From: Candidatus Latescibacterota bacterium
GTDB taxonomy: Bacteria > Latescibacterota > UBA2968 > UBA8231
Assembly (NCBI GenBank): GCA_965219385.1
Contig: CBDCNM010000001.1
Span: 28,976 to 92,975, forward strand
Direction of reading: 5' to 3'
DNA: 64,000 nt
The notes under the pieces were generated by a model. The model was not told the origin of the DNA. It made no database searches and saw nothing but the letters and a program-made list of their open reading frames with translations. Positions 29,432 through 37,780 of this stretch are shown one piece after another (within the stretch, counting starts at the first letter, position 1; each line of letters begins with the position of its first letter). Both the position numbers and the translations under genes were made by a program.

Positions 29432-32134
29432 ATGACGCGGACCTACGAGTTCGATGAAGTCGGCAGACTGCCCCTGCCCAGCGATAATGTAGCCATTGCC
29501 ACGCGCAGGCTGGAGGCCGGCACCACCATTCGCTCTGCCGATCAGAGCTTTGGCCTGGACTACACCATCATGGAGGGCCATCGCTTTGCCGTCCGGCCCA
29601 TCGCCACCGGCGAGTTCCTGCTGTCCTGGGAACTGTCCTTTGGCGTGGCCACGCGCCCTCTAGCTCCGGGGACCTATGTGTGCAACCAGAGCATGCTCGA
29701 GGCGCTCGGGATCCGCAGCCTCGACTTCGAGCTGCCGGTCGAGCCCAACTTCGAGGACAGGATCGAAAGCTTTCAACTGGACGAGGCAGGGTTTCAGCCC
29801 GGACAGCAGGTAGAGCGCTACGCCGAGCAACAAACCTTCTCCGGGTACGGGCGGGGCCCCAACCGGGGCGTGGGCACCCGCAACTACATCGTGGTCCTGG
29901 GCACCAGTTCGCAGACCGCCAGCTACGCCCGGCTGCTGGCCGAGCGCATGCAAGAGGCGGCGGGCGCCCACCCCAGGGTCGACGGCGTGGTGGCCGTGGC
30001 CCATACCGAGGGCGGGGGCCTGGAGGCGCCCAACAACAAGGAACTCCTGCTCCGCACCCTGGCCGGCTTTGTGGTCCACCCCAACGTCGGGGCGGTGCTG
30101 GCCGTGGACCGCGGCACCGAGGCCGTCACCAACCAGATGTTGCAGGACTACATGGCCGCACAGGGCTACCCCCTGGATCAGGTGGTGCACTACTTCCTGA
30201 CCTTGAAAGGAAACCTTGAGGCCCATCTGAGCGAGGGAGAAAAGCTGCTTGGGAAATGGCTGGAGGGGTTGAGTCGCGCCCGGCGCCAGGCGCGTCCCCT
30301 GGCCGATCTGAAACTCGCCCTCCAGTGCGGCGGCTCGGATGCCTTTTCCGGGATTTCGGGCAATCCCCTGATTTCCTGGGTGGCCCGAGAGGCGATCCGC
30401 TACGGCGGGGCCGCCAACTTGGCCGAGACCGACGAGTTGATCGGCGCCGAGTCCTATCTACTGCAGAATGTCAGGGACCTGGATACGGCGCGGAAATTCC
30501 TCCACATGGTCGAGCGCTTCAAGGAGCGGGTGTCCTGGCACGGTTCCTCCGCCGAGGGCAATCCTTCCGGGGGCAACAAATTCCGCGGGCTCTACAATAT
30601 CGTACTCAAGTCCATCGGCGCGGCCATGAAGCGCCACCCGGAGGTGCGTCTGGACTACGCCATCGACTACAGCGAGCCCATCCGGGAGCCGGGCTATTAC
30701 TTCATGGACAGTCCGGGAAACGACCTGGAGAGCATAGCCGGACAGGTGGCCTCCGGGTGCAATATGATCTTCTTCGTCACCGGCAACGGCTCGATCACCA
30801 ACTTTCCCTTCGTGCCCACCATCAAGGTCATCACCACCTCTCAGCGCTACCAATTGCTGTCCGACGACATGGATGTCAATGCCGGGGCCTACCAGGACGG
30901 CACCCCCATGGACCAACTGGGGCAGCAGCTGTTCGAGCGGACCCTCGAGGTGGCCTCTGGCCGCCGTTCGCTGGGGGAGCAGGCCGGTCACTCCCAGGTG
31001 TCGATCTGGAGAAACTGGCGGCAGAGCGATGCCAGCAACCTCGAAAGATTGCTGCAGGTAAGCCCGACCGACGGCCACAGCCTGGCCATCCAGGAAGAGG
31101 CCGGTCCGGATCTGCGCTTCGAGGCCTTGCGCACCGTCAGGGGGCATGCGACCAACCAAGTCGGTTTGATCCTGCCCACCAGCCTGTGCGCCGGTCAGAT
31201 CGCCCGCATGAGCGTCGAGCGGCTCAATGCCAAGGGTCTGGGACGCGCCCAGGGGATTTCCCGCTTTGTGGCCCTGGTGCACACCGAAGGCTGCGGCCTC
31301 ACCTCCCCCGGTTCCGTCGAACAGGCGCATTTGCGCACCATGGTGGGCTACCTGACCCATCCGCTGGTGCGGCGCGTCCTGCTCCTGGAGCACGGCTGCG
31401 AGAAGACCCACAACGACTACTTCAGGAGCGAAATCCAGGCGCTGGGGCTGGATACGGACTACTTTGGCTGGGCCAGCGTGCAACTGGACGGGGGCATAGA
31501 CAAGGTCATGGACCGGATAGAAGAATGGTTCGGAGCCGCTCTTTCTGGGGTGCAAGTCCCCGAACCCGAAGAAGTGGGGCTGGAAGGGCTGCACCTGGGC
31601 TTGCAGAGCGCGGGGCCGGTTTGCGAGGAGGTGGCCCAGTACCTGGCCCATCTCACCCGCTGGATCGTGGGGGCCGGCGGCACCGTGGTGGTAGCGGAGA
31701 ACGCCGAGCTTCTGTCCGCGCCGGCCTACGCGCAAGGGGTTCTGGGCGAGCAGCCCGCCCGGGCTTCTCTGGCCTACGGTCAGTTTCTGGAGACGACCGG
31801 GTTCCACATCATGGAAACCCCCACCGATCACTGGGTCGAGACCCTGACCGGGCTGGGGGCGACCGGCGTGGAGATGGTGCTGGTGCACGTGAGTGAGCAT
31901 CCCGTACAGGGGCATCCCCTGGTGCCGGTGATTCAGGTGGCATCGGACCCGGGAGTCCAGGAATTCTACGGCCAGGATCTGGATCTGGCGCTGGAAGGGT
32001 CGGCCGCTCAGTGGGCGGACCAGGTCCTGCGGTTGCTGGTCGACGCTGGTGCGCGCACCTACGTGCCCAGGGCCGTGGAACAGGGCAACATCGATTTTCA
32101 GCTCACCCGCGGGCTGCTGGGGGTTTCGACTTGA
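29432..32134 (+). CDS. UxaA-family (altronate/galactarate dehydratase-like) protein, unusually long (900 aa)
   Basis: N-terminal SAF-like DNVAIATRRLEAGTTI. UxaA-type segments GTRNYIVVLG...AHTEGGG, GNPSGGNKFRGLYNIVLKSIGAAMK and DSPGNDLESIAGQVASGCNMIFFVTGNGS. A second N-type module carries intact LVHTEGCG and LEHGCEKT. Confidence 0.7.
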   Translation: MTRTYEFDEVGRLPLPSDNVAIATRRLEAGTTIRSADQSFGLDYTIMEGHRFAVRPIATGEFLLSWELSFGVATRPLAPGTYVCNQSMLEALGIRSLDFELPVEPNFEDRIESFQLDEAGFQPGQQVERYAEQQTFSGYGRGPNRGVGTRNYIVVLGTSSQTASYARLLAERMQEAAGAHPRVDGVVAVAHTEGGGLEAPNNKELLLRTLAGFVVHPNVGAVLAVDRGTEAVTNQMLQDYMAAQGYPLDQVVHYFLTLKGNLEAHLSEGEKLLGKWLEGLSRARRQARPLADLKLALQCGGSDAFSGISGNPLISWVAREAIRYGGAANLAETDELIGAESYLLQNVRDLDTARKFLHMVERFKERVSWHGSSAEGNPSGGNKFRGLYNIVLKSIGAAMKRHPEVRLDYAIDYSEPIREPGYYFMDSPGNDLESIAGQVASGCNMIFFVTGNGSITNFPFVPTIKVITTSQRYQLLSDDMDVNAGAYQDGTPMDQLGQQLFERTLEVASGRRSLGEQAGHSQVSIWRNWRQSDASNLERLLQVSPTDGHSLAIQEEAGPDLRFEALRTVRGHATNQVGLILPTSLCAGQIARMSVERLNAKGLGRAQGISRFVALVHTEGCGLTSPGSVEQAHLRTMVGYLTHPLVRRVLLLEHGCEKTHNDYFRSEIQALGLDTDYFGWASVQLDGGIDKVMDRIEEWFGAALSGVQVPEPEEVGLEGLHLGLQSAGPVCEEVAQYLAHLTRWIVGAGGTVVVAENAELLSAPAYAQGVLGEQPARASLAYGQFLETTGFHIMETPTDHWVETLTGLGATGVEMVLVHVSEHPVQGHPLVPVIQVASDPGVQEFYGQDLDLALEGSAAQWADQVLRLLVDAGARTYVPRAVEQGNIDFQLTRGLLGVST

Positions 32135-32145
32135 GAAGGCTTCTC
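32133..32145. promoter_or_regulatory. Palindromic motif site d (GAGAAGGCTTCTC)
   Basis: Exact core; overlaps the TGA stop of the UxaA-like gene. Confidence 0.5.
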
Positions 32146-32271
32146 AGAAGTTGAAATCGACAGGTTTGCCGTGAAACAGCACATCCAACTTTACCCAGAC
32201 TCGCCTGACGGACCGGATCCGCACAGAGCTGCACCGACCCAACACCAGGCTTACAACCCGTCGAATTCAAG

Positions 32272-32284
32272 TAAGAAGGCTTCT
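32272..32284. promoter_or_regulatory. Palindromic motif site e (TAAGAAGGCTTCT)
   Basis: Exact core, 27 nt upstream of ATG 32311. Confidence 0.5.
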
Positions 32285-32310
32285 GACGCGATTCCTGAAA
32301 GAAGGGGGAT

Positions 32311-33312
32311 ATGGATCAACTCAAGATAGGCGTAATCGGCTGCGGCGCCCACGCCCAGTCCCATTTCAGCATGATTGCCGCGGAGCCCAGACTGCGGCTC
32401 GAGGCCATCGCCGAGATCGATGCCCAACGGCGCGAGCGCGCCCGAACCGAGTGGGGTCCGGCGCAGGTCTTTGAGGACTATCGGCGGATGCTGGATTCCT
32501 GCGACCTGGACCTAGTCCACGCGATCACCATGCCCGGGCATCTGCTGCCGATCGTGCTCTCTTGCCTGGAGCGGGACCTGCACACCTCGGTGGAGAAGTC
32601 CCCGGGGATGAATGCGGCGGAGACCGTCCAGATGGCCGCGGCGGAACACCAGAGCAAAGCCAAGGCCATAGTCTCGCTGAACCGCCGCTATATCCCTCAG
32701 ATTCTGGCCGCGCGTCAGGCCGTACAGGAGCGCGGCGGGGCAGTGCACTGCGCGGCGACCTACAACAAATGTCTCATCGATATAACGGGGCCGAAGTGGG
32801 CCGGGATCGCCCCGGATCCGCTCATCTGCGACGCCATTCACCACGTCGATCTGCTGCGCTGGCTGGCGGGCGGTTCCCAGAGCGCGTCGGCGCTTCCTGT
32901 TGCGGTGTACGCGGAAGTGGAAGACGGGGAAAGGGTGGGAGCACACCGCCACAATGCCGTGATCCACTTTGACACCGGAGCGATTGCGGCGATGATGTCT
33001 CACTACGGGGTAGGCTACCGGATCCAGCGGGCCGAGGTCCACGCCGAGGATCTGTCGGTGTACATGGATATGACCAGCGGGCCGCGCGTCGAGTTCTACG
33101 ACGCGCGGCCCGCCGAGAGGGCCCCGGAAGAGCCGCTGGATCTGGATCCGGTGGGCGGCCCGGACTTCAACGAGGTGCGCCACTTTGTCGACTGTATCCT
33201 CGAAGACCGAACGCCTTGGTCCACCCTGGACGACGCCATCCACACCATGCGGTTGTGCGAGGCCATACGGCGCGGGCACAAGGGCGAGTTGAATCCCTGT
33301 AATGGCTATTGA
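32311..33312 (+). CDS. Gfo/Idh/MocA family oxidoreductase
   Basis: KIGVIGCGAHAQ Rossmann start, VEKSPG (EKP-like) motif, AAGGGGGA RBS. Confidence 0.8.
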   Translation: MDQLKIGVIGCGAHAQSHFSMIAAEPRLRLEAIAEIDAQRRERARTEWGPAQVFEDYRRMLDSCDLDLVHAITMPGHLLPIVLSCLERDLHTSVEKSPGMNAAETVQMAAAEHQSKAKAIVSLNRRYIPQILAARQAVQERGGAVHCAATYNKCLIDITGPKWAGIAPDPLICDAIHHVDLLRWLAGGSQSASALPVAVYAEVEDGERVGAHRHNAVIHFDTGAIAAMMSHYGVGYRIQRAEVHAEDLSVYMDMTSGPRVEFYDARPAERAPEEPLDLDPVGGPDFNEVRHFVDCILEDRTPWSTLDDAIHTMRLCEAIRRGHKGELNPCNGY

Positions 33313-33351
33313 TCCTCACTGATACCGCCCCAAACTTCGGCCAGGCCGCCA

Positions 33352-34392
33352 CTAGATCTGGGGCATGTCCACGCCCAGTTCCGCGGCCACTGCGCCGATT
33401 TCGGCCCAGGTGGGCTCGGGGATTTCAATGCCTTCCCGCAGCCGGTGCTGGTGGGTCTCCTCTTCGATCTCGCCCGGTGCGTAGATCCGGTCGAAACCGG
33501 GAAGCGGCCGGGCCGAACACACCCACTCCGCCAGACCCTCGACCTCTTCCTTGTAGGTGTCCAGGTCGGTGAAGGCCGCGATGTCGATGGCCAGAACCAT
33601 GACCCCACCACCACCTTGTTCCCCTTTGGTACAGCCGGCGTGGGACAGAGGGCCCACCAGCATCTCGACCATCATCGCCAGGCCATACCCCTTGTGCCCG
33701 AACTGCCGTCCGCCCAGAGGGGGTACGCCGGTCTCGTCGACGTTGCGGTAGCGTCGGTGGTCGGTGACGTAGTTGCCCTCCTGGTCAATGAGCCAGCCTT
33801 CGGGGAGGGGTTCGTCGCGGATGATTTTCTGCTCGATCTTGCCGCCGGCTACCACGGTCATGGTCATGTCCAGCATGAAGGGCGGGCCGTTGCAGCGAGG
33901 GGCCGAAAAGGCGATAGGTTCGGGCCGCAGGCGGCGGTCCGCGCTGCCGAAGGGGGTCAGGAAGAGGCCGCCGCCGTTGAGCCACACCATACCGATCATG
34001 CCCTGGGCGGCGATCCGGGGGGGGTAGTCGCCCAGGCGGCCGATGTGGGAGGTGTTGTGCAGGCCGACAAACCCGAAGGTGGATTGGCGGGCTTTTTCGA
34101 CCGCCAGGTCCACAGAACGGGTAACGGCCACAATCCCGTTGGCGCCCTTGCCGTCGATGATGACCAGGGAGGGGTTTTCGCGCACTACTTCGCGCTTCTC
34201 CCAGGAGACGTAGTTTTCTTTCATGCCCCGGGCATAGCCCGGCATAAACCAGGTTCCGTGCGAGTCGTGGCCGGCCAGGTGGCTGCTCACCAGATGGTCG
34301 GCCACAATGCGGGCGTCATCCTCGGGGATGCCGGTGGCCTTGAAGATTTCAAAGCTCAATCGGCGCAGGGTGTCTTGCTGGACTATGGGCAT
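33352..34392 (-). CDS. Ldh_2 family (malate/L-lactate/sulfolactate dehydrogenase-like) oxidoreductase
   Basis: From ATG 34392: MPIVQQDTLRRLSFEIFKATGIPEDDARIVADHLVSSHLAGHDSHG..., typical of type-2 malate/lactate dehydrogenases. The track ORF is extended upstream into carA. Confidence 0.75.
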   Translation of the reverse strand: MPIVQQDTLRRLSFEIFKATGIPEDDARIVADHLVSSHLAGHDSHGTWFMPGYARGMKENYVSWEKREVVRENPSLVIIDGKGANGIVAVTRSVDLAVEKARQSTFGFVGLHNTSHIGRLGDYPPRIAAQGMIGMVWLNGGGLFLTPFGSADRRLRPEPIAFSAPRCNGPPFMLDMTMTVVAGGKIEQKIIRDEPLPEGWLIDQEGNYVTDHRRYRNVDETGVPPLGGRQFGHKGYGLAMMVEMLVGPLSHAGCTKGEQGGGGVMVLAIDIAAFTDLDTYKEEVEGLAEWVCSARPLPGFDRIYAPGEIEEETHQHRLREGIEIPEPTWAEIGAVAAELGVDMPQI

Positions 34393-34400
34393 GGCACTCC

Positions 34401-35495
34401 CTAATTCGCGTGTTGTTCCATCAATTCGGTGAAATAACGGAAGAGGTGGAAGCTGTCGTGCGGGCCGGGCGAGGCCTCGGGGTGGCACTGGATGGAGAAG
34501 ATGGGCAATTCCTTGTGGTGCAGGCCTTCGACGCAGTTGTCGTTGAGGTTGATCCGGGTGATTTCCAGACACTCCAGCAGGGTATCTCCCGCGATGCCCC
34601 AGCCGTGGTTTTCAGAGGTGATCAGGATGCGGTTGGTGGCGCGTTCGAGGATGGGCTGGTTGGAGCCCCGGTGGCCGAATTTCAAGTGGAAGATCTTCGC
34701 TCCAAAGGCCAGTCCGAGGATTTCGTGCCCCAGACAAATGCCGAATATGGGTTTTTTGCCGATGAGTTGTTTGCAGGTTGCAATGGCGTAGTGCAGGGGC
34801 CGGGGATCGCCCGGGCCGTTGGACAGAAAGATGCCGTCCGGATTTAGGGCCAGGGCTTCTTCGGCCGTGGTCGTCGCCGGCACCACCGTCACCCTGCAGC
34901 CTTCCTCCACCAGCTTTCTGACGATGTTGCGTTTGATGCCGTAGTCGAAGGCCACTACGTGGAAGCGGGGATCAGCGGCGCTTTGTTCGTAGGGCGCGGC
35001 ACAGGTCACGTCTTTGACCAGGTCGACGCCTTCGAGGCCCTCCCAGGTCCGGGCCTTGTGCACCAGGCTGTCCGGGTCCAGATCCTCGGTGGAAATGGCG
35101 GCGTTCATGACCCCCTGGATGCGCACCCGACGCGTCAGTTCCCGGGTATCGATGCCCTCTACGCCCAGGATACCGTGCTCCTCCAGATAGGCCGGCAGGC
35201 TCTGGGCCGAGCGCCAGTTGCTCGGTATGCGGCTGCACTCCTTCACCACAAAGCCTCGCACCTGGGGGCCGATGGATTCGTCGTCCTTGAGGTTGACCCC
35301 GTAGTTGCCGATGAGGGGATAGGTCATGGTGAGGATCTGGCCGGCGTAGGAGGGGTCGGTGAGGATTTCCTGGTACCCGGTCATACTGGTGTTGAAGACC
35401 ATTTCCCCCAGGGACTCGCCACCGGCGCCAAAGGCGCGGCCTGCAAAGGTGGTGCCGTCGGCGAGGGCGACAAGGGCTTTCATCGAAAGGGGCAC
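34401..35495 (-). CDS. carA: Carbamoyl-phosphate synthase small (glutamine amidotransferase) subunit
   Basis: FNTSMTGYQEILTDPSY, GICLGHE catalytic Cys, CHPEASPGPHD. Confidence 0.92.
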   Translation of the reverse strand: MPLSMKALVALADGTTFAGRAFGAGGESLGEMVFNTSMTGYQEILTDPSYAGQILTMTYPLIGNYGVNLKDDESIGPQVRGFVVKECSRIPSNWRSAQSLPAYLEEHGILGVEGIDTRELTRRVRIQGVMNAAISTEDLDPDSLVHKARTWEGLEGVDLVKDVTCAAPYEQSAADPRFHVVAFDYGIKRNIVRKLVEEGCRVTVVPATTTAEEALALNPDGIFLSNGPGDPRPLHYAIATCKQLIGKKPIFGICLGHEILGLAFGAKIFHLKFGHRGSNQPILERATNRILITSENHGWGIAGDTLLECLEITRINLNDNCVEGLHHKELPIFSIQCHPEASPGPHDSFHLFRYFTELMEQHAN

Positions 35496-35571
35496 TCCTG
35501 TTGTGAGATTCGAAGATTGTATTTCGTAGCGAGTATAGAACCTATGGAAAATTCGCCTTGCTGAACAGAGC

Positions 35572-36615
35572 TCACTGATCGGAGGATGGAGGCAGCATGC
35601 GGCGCCTCTGCAGACGGGCGTGTTCCTGCATGTCCACGGTCGGATCCAGTTCGTCGACGATCTCCTCGCCGACGATCTCTTCGATCACATCCTCCAGGGT
35701 TACAATCCCCAGAAAGACCCCGTATTCGTCAATGACGATGAAGAGGTGCTCGCGGCGTTCCAGAAATTCCTGCAGCAATTGATTGAGCCGGGCCGATCCG
35801 GGAACCGCGTGGGGCGTTCGCTCCAGATCGGCCAGTCTGGTATCGTCCTTGCCCTCGGCCAGGGCGGCGAGCACATCCCGGCGCAAGACCAGGCCGACGA
35901 TGTGGTCCTTGTCGTCTCCGTACAGGGGCACCCGGCTGTGGGGCCAACTCCCTGCTTCCCGGCGCAAAGCGGCCACGCGCAGCTCCCTGTCCTGGGAAAA
36001 AACCACGGTGCGATGGGTCATGATGTCGCGGGCTCGCAGGTTGTGCAGGTTGAGTATGTTGCTGATGACCCGCTCCTGCTCCGGGGCAATGGCGCCCGCC
36101 TGTCGGCTCATCCGAGCGATGGTCTCGATTTCTTCGGCGGAGATGTCCGGAGTCCCACTGACATTGCGGGTGATCAGCCGGGTGACGAACTGGTTCAGCC
36201 AGATGAAGGGAGTGAAGACCCAGACTAGGCAGAGAATGGGACGGGCGATGAGAGGGCCGAGGGAACGGGCGTAGACCACGCCGGCGGTCTTGGGAAGCAC
36301 CTCGGAGAAGACCAGGACGGACAGAGCCAAGGCGCCGGTGAAATAGGCTTCATTGCTTCTGCCAAAGGCACCGGCAAAGGCGGCGCCGGCGATGGCCGCG
36401 CCGCCGGTATTGGCCAGGGTGTTCAAAGAGAGGATGGCGGAAATGGGACGCTGGATATCCTCGTGCAGCTTTTTGAGGATCTTTCCGGATGAGCGGCCCT
36501 GGTCGGCCAGCATCTCGATCTGGCTCTGGGGCAGGGAATAGAGTGCTGCTTCCAGCAACGAGCATATGCAGGATACAAGTAGAACCACGCTTGTGGCCAG
36601 GATCAATTCCGTCAT
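35572..36615 (-). CDS. CNNM/DUF21 plus CBS-pair membrane protein (hemolysin C/CorC-like transporter family)
   Basis: ATG 36615 (MTELILATSVVLLVS). DUF21 TM region followed by two CBS-like motifs. Confidence 0.75.
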   Translation of the reverse strand: MTELILATSVVLLVSCICSLLEAALYSLPQSQIEMLADQGRSSGKILKKLHEDIQRPISAILSLNTLANTGGAAIAGAAFAGAFGRSNEAYFTGALALSVLVFSEVLPKTAGVVYARSLGPLIARPILCLVWVFTPFIWLNQFVTRLITRNVSGTPDISAEEIETIARMSRQAGAIAPEQERVISNILNLHNLRARDIMTHRTVVFSQDRELRVAALRREAGSWPHSRVPLYGDDKDHIVGLVLRRDVLAALAEGKDDTRLADLERTPHAVPGSARLNQLLQEFLERREHLFIVIDEYGVFLGIVTLEDVIEEIVGEEIVDELDPTVDMQEHARLQRRRMLPPSSDQ

Positions 36616-36703
36616 GGTTGCGACCCAATGGGTAGGCGTTCGAAGAGGGGTACTGAAAGGGATGTATATTCGAGGAAATCCAGTCTGGGACATTCAGTCT
36701 ATA

Positions 36704-36742
36704 TAAAAGAGAGGGATTCCACTGGATCGGGAACCCCTCTCT
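36704..36742 (-). terminator. Rho-independent terminator downstream of the SWIB gene
   Basis: Minus strand: AGAGAGGG...CCCTCTCT 8-bp stem (36708..36715 and 36735..36742) followed by TTTT, 55 nt after the stop. Confidence 0.65.
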
Positions 36743-36797
36743 TCAAAGCAGGCCAGGCAAGTGCATCAGAGTGAGCGCAAAGCTCGTTCCGCGCTCC

Positions 36798-37205
36798 TTA
36801 GCTCAGGTGCTGGCTGACCAGTTTGGTCATCTCGAACATGCTCACCTGCTTTTTGCCACCGAACACGTCCTTGAGTTTGTTGTCCGCATTGATCATGCGC
36901 TTGTTCTGGGTGTCCTGCAAGCCGTTCTTCTTGATGTAGGCCCAGAGCTTTTTGACGACCTGGGTGCGCGGCAAAGCCTTGGAGCCCACCACGGCACCAA
37001 GAGCGGCATCGGGCTGCATAGGTTTCATAAAAGCAGGATTGGGCTTGCGTTTGCTCTTTTTCTTGGGGGCAGCCTTCTTGGGGGCAGCCTTCTTGGGGGC
37101 AGCCTTCTTGGGGGCAGCCTTCTTGGGGGCAGCCTTCTTGGGGGCAGCCTTCTTGGGGGCAGCCTTCTTGGGGGCAGCCTTCTTGGGGGCAGCCTTCTTG
37201 GCCAT
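36798..37205 (-). CDS. SWIB/MDM2 domain protein with N-terminal histone-H1-like (KKAAP)x9 tail
   Basis: MA(KKAAP)9KKKSKRK followed by [22 protein letters not shown]...[12 protein letters not shown] (SWIB fold signature). AAGGAG RBS 7 nt upstream. Confidence 0.85.
   Translation of the reverse strand: MAKKAAPKKAAPKKAAPKKAAPKKAAPKKAAPKKAAPKKAAPKKAAPKKKSKRKPNPAFMKPMQPDAALGAVVGSKALPRTQVVKKLWAYIKKNGLQDTQNKRMINADNKLKDVFGGKKQVSMFEMTKLVSQHLS
37066..37200. repeat. Nine perfect tandem copies of a 15-bp unit (GGGGCAGCCTTCTTG) encoding KKAAP
   Basis: Read directly from the sequence; lies inside the SWIB CDS. Confidence 0.95.
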
Positions 37206-37546
37206 GAGTTTACTCCTTGAGTTATGCGCAGTTTAAGAGGTGATCAAAACCTTCGAAATCATTCGCGATACCGGTCTACCTTCCTCGTCAATCACCTCCT
37301 CCCTCACGGAGAGGTCGTGTGCGCAGTTCACGAATCCCTACCTGACGCAAAATTTCTCTCTACGGATCTTCACTCTAAGGGGAGTACACAACACTAAGTT
37401 TAAGATAGCACGACAACAACTGATTCGTCAAGAAAAAATTGCACCATTCAGACGGGTATTTACAGGAAAGCGCAGAGAGCCTTTTGCAAAGGGAAAAATT
37501 CCAGATCCAGGGCTGCAAGAGCAGATGGTGAGAGCGGTTGTGAGGT

Positions 37547-37591
37547 GTGCCAGCACAGGGTGTGAAACCGCGCAACAACCTGTGCTGGCAC
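37547..37591. other. Isolated perfect 13-bp-stem hairpin in a 575-bp gene-free region
   Basis: GTGCCAGCACAGG (37547..37559) and CCTGTGCTGGCAC (37579..37591), 19-nt loop, no flanking T-run on either strand. Confidence 0.6.
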
Positions 37592-37652
37592 GAGGATTAA
37601 TGCGGGTGCAATACCGAGGTCTTAAGACCCGGGAAAGACGACTTGCGAAGAT

Positions 37653-37681
37653 TTGACAGAAGTGATTAAGTATTCTATTTT
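37653..37681 (+). promoter_or_regulatory. Candidate sigma70-type promoter of the proC-hisH-hisF-proB operon
   Basis: TTGACA (37653..37658), 17-nt spacer, TATTTT (37676..37681), about 100 nt upstream of the proC ATG. Confidence 0.4.
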
Positions 37682-37714
37682 AGAGCACTTAGAGTCTATC
37701 CTGAATGTCGGTTA

Positions 37715-37728
37715 TAAGAAGGCTTCTA
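37715..37728. promoter_or_regulatory. Palindromic motif site f (TAAGAAGGCTTCTA)
   Basis: Exact core, between the candidate proC promoter and the proC ATG. Confidence 0.5.
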
Positions 37729-37780
37729 AGGGCCGGACATGCGCGCATGAGTGAGACTGCGGGCTCCGTGGAGCAGAGCC

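Noticed and set aside
37066-37200. Regular 15-bp repeats considered as a possible CRISPR-like array.
   Set aside because: The units are contiguous with no spacers, far shorter than CRISPR repeats, and in frame inside the SWIB CDS, where they encode KKAAP.
37240-37656. 138-aa ORF filling the long intergenic region.
   Set aside because: GTG start overlapping the SWIB RBS region, rare-codon-rich after about 35 codons, highly basic low-complexity product, and no recognisable family. Kept only as part of the 'structured intergenic region' observation.
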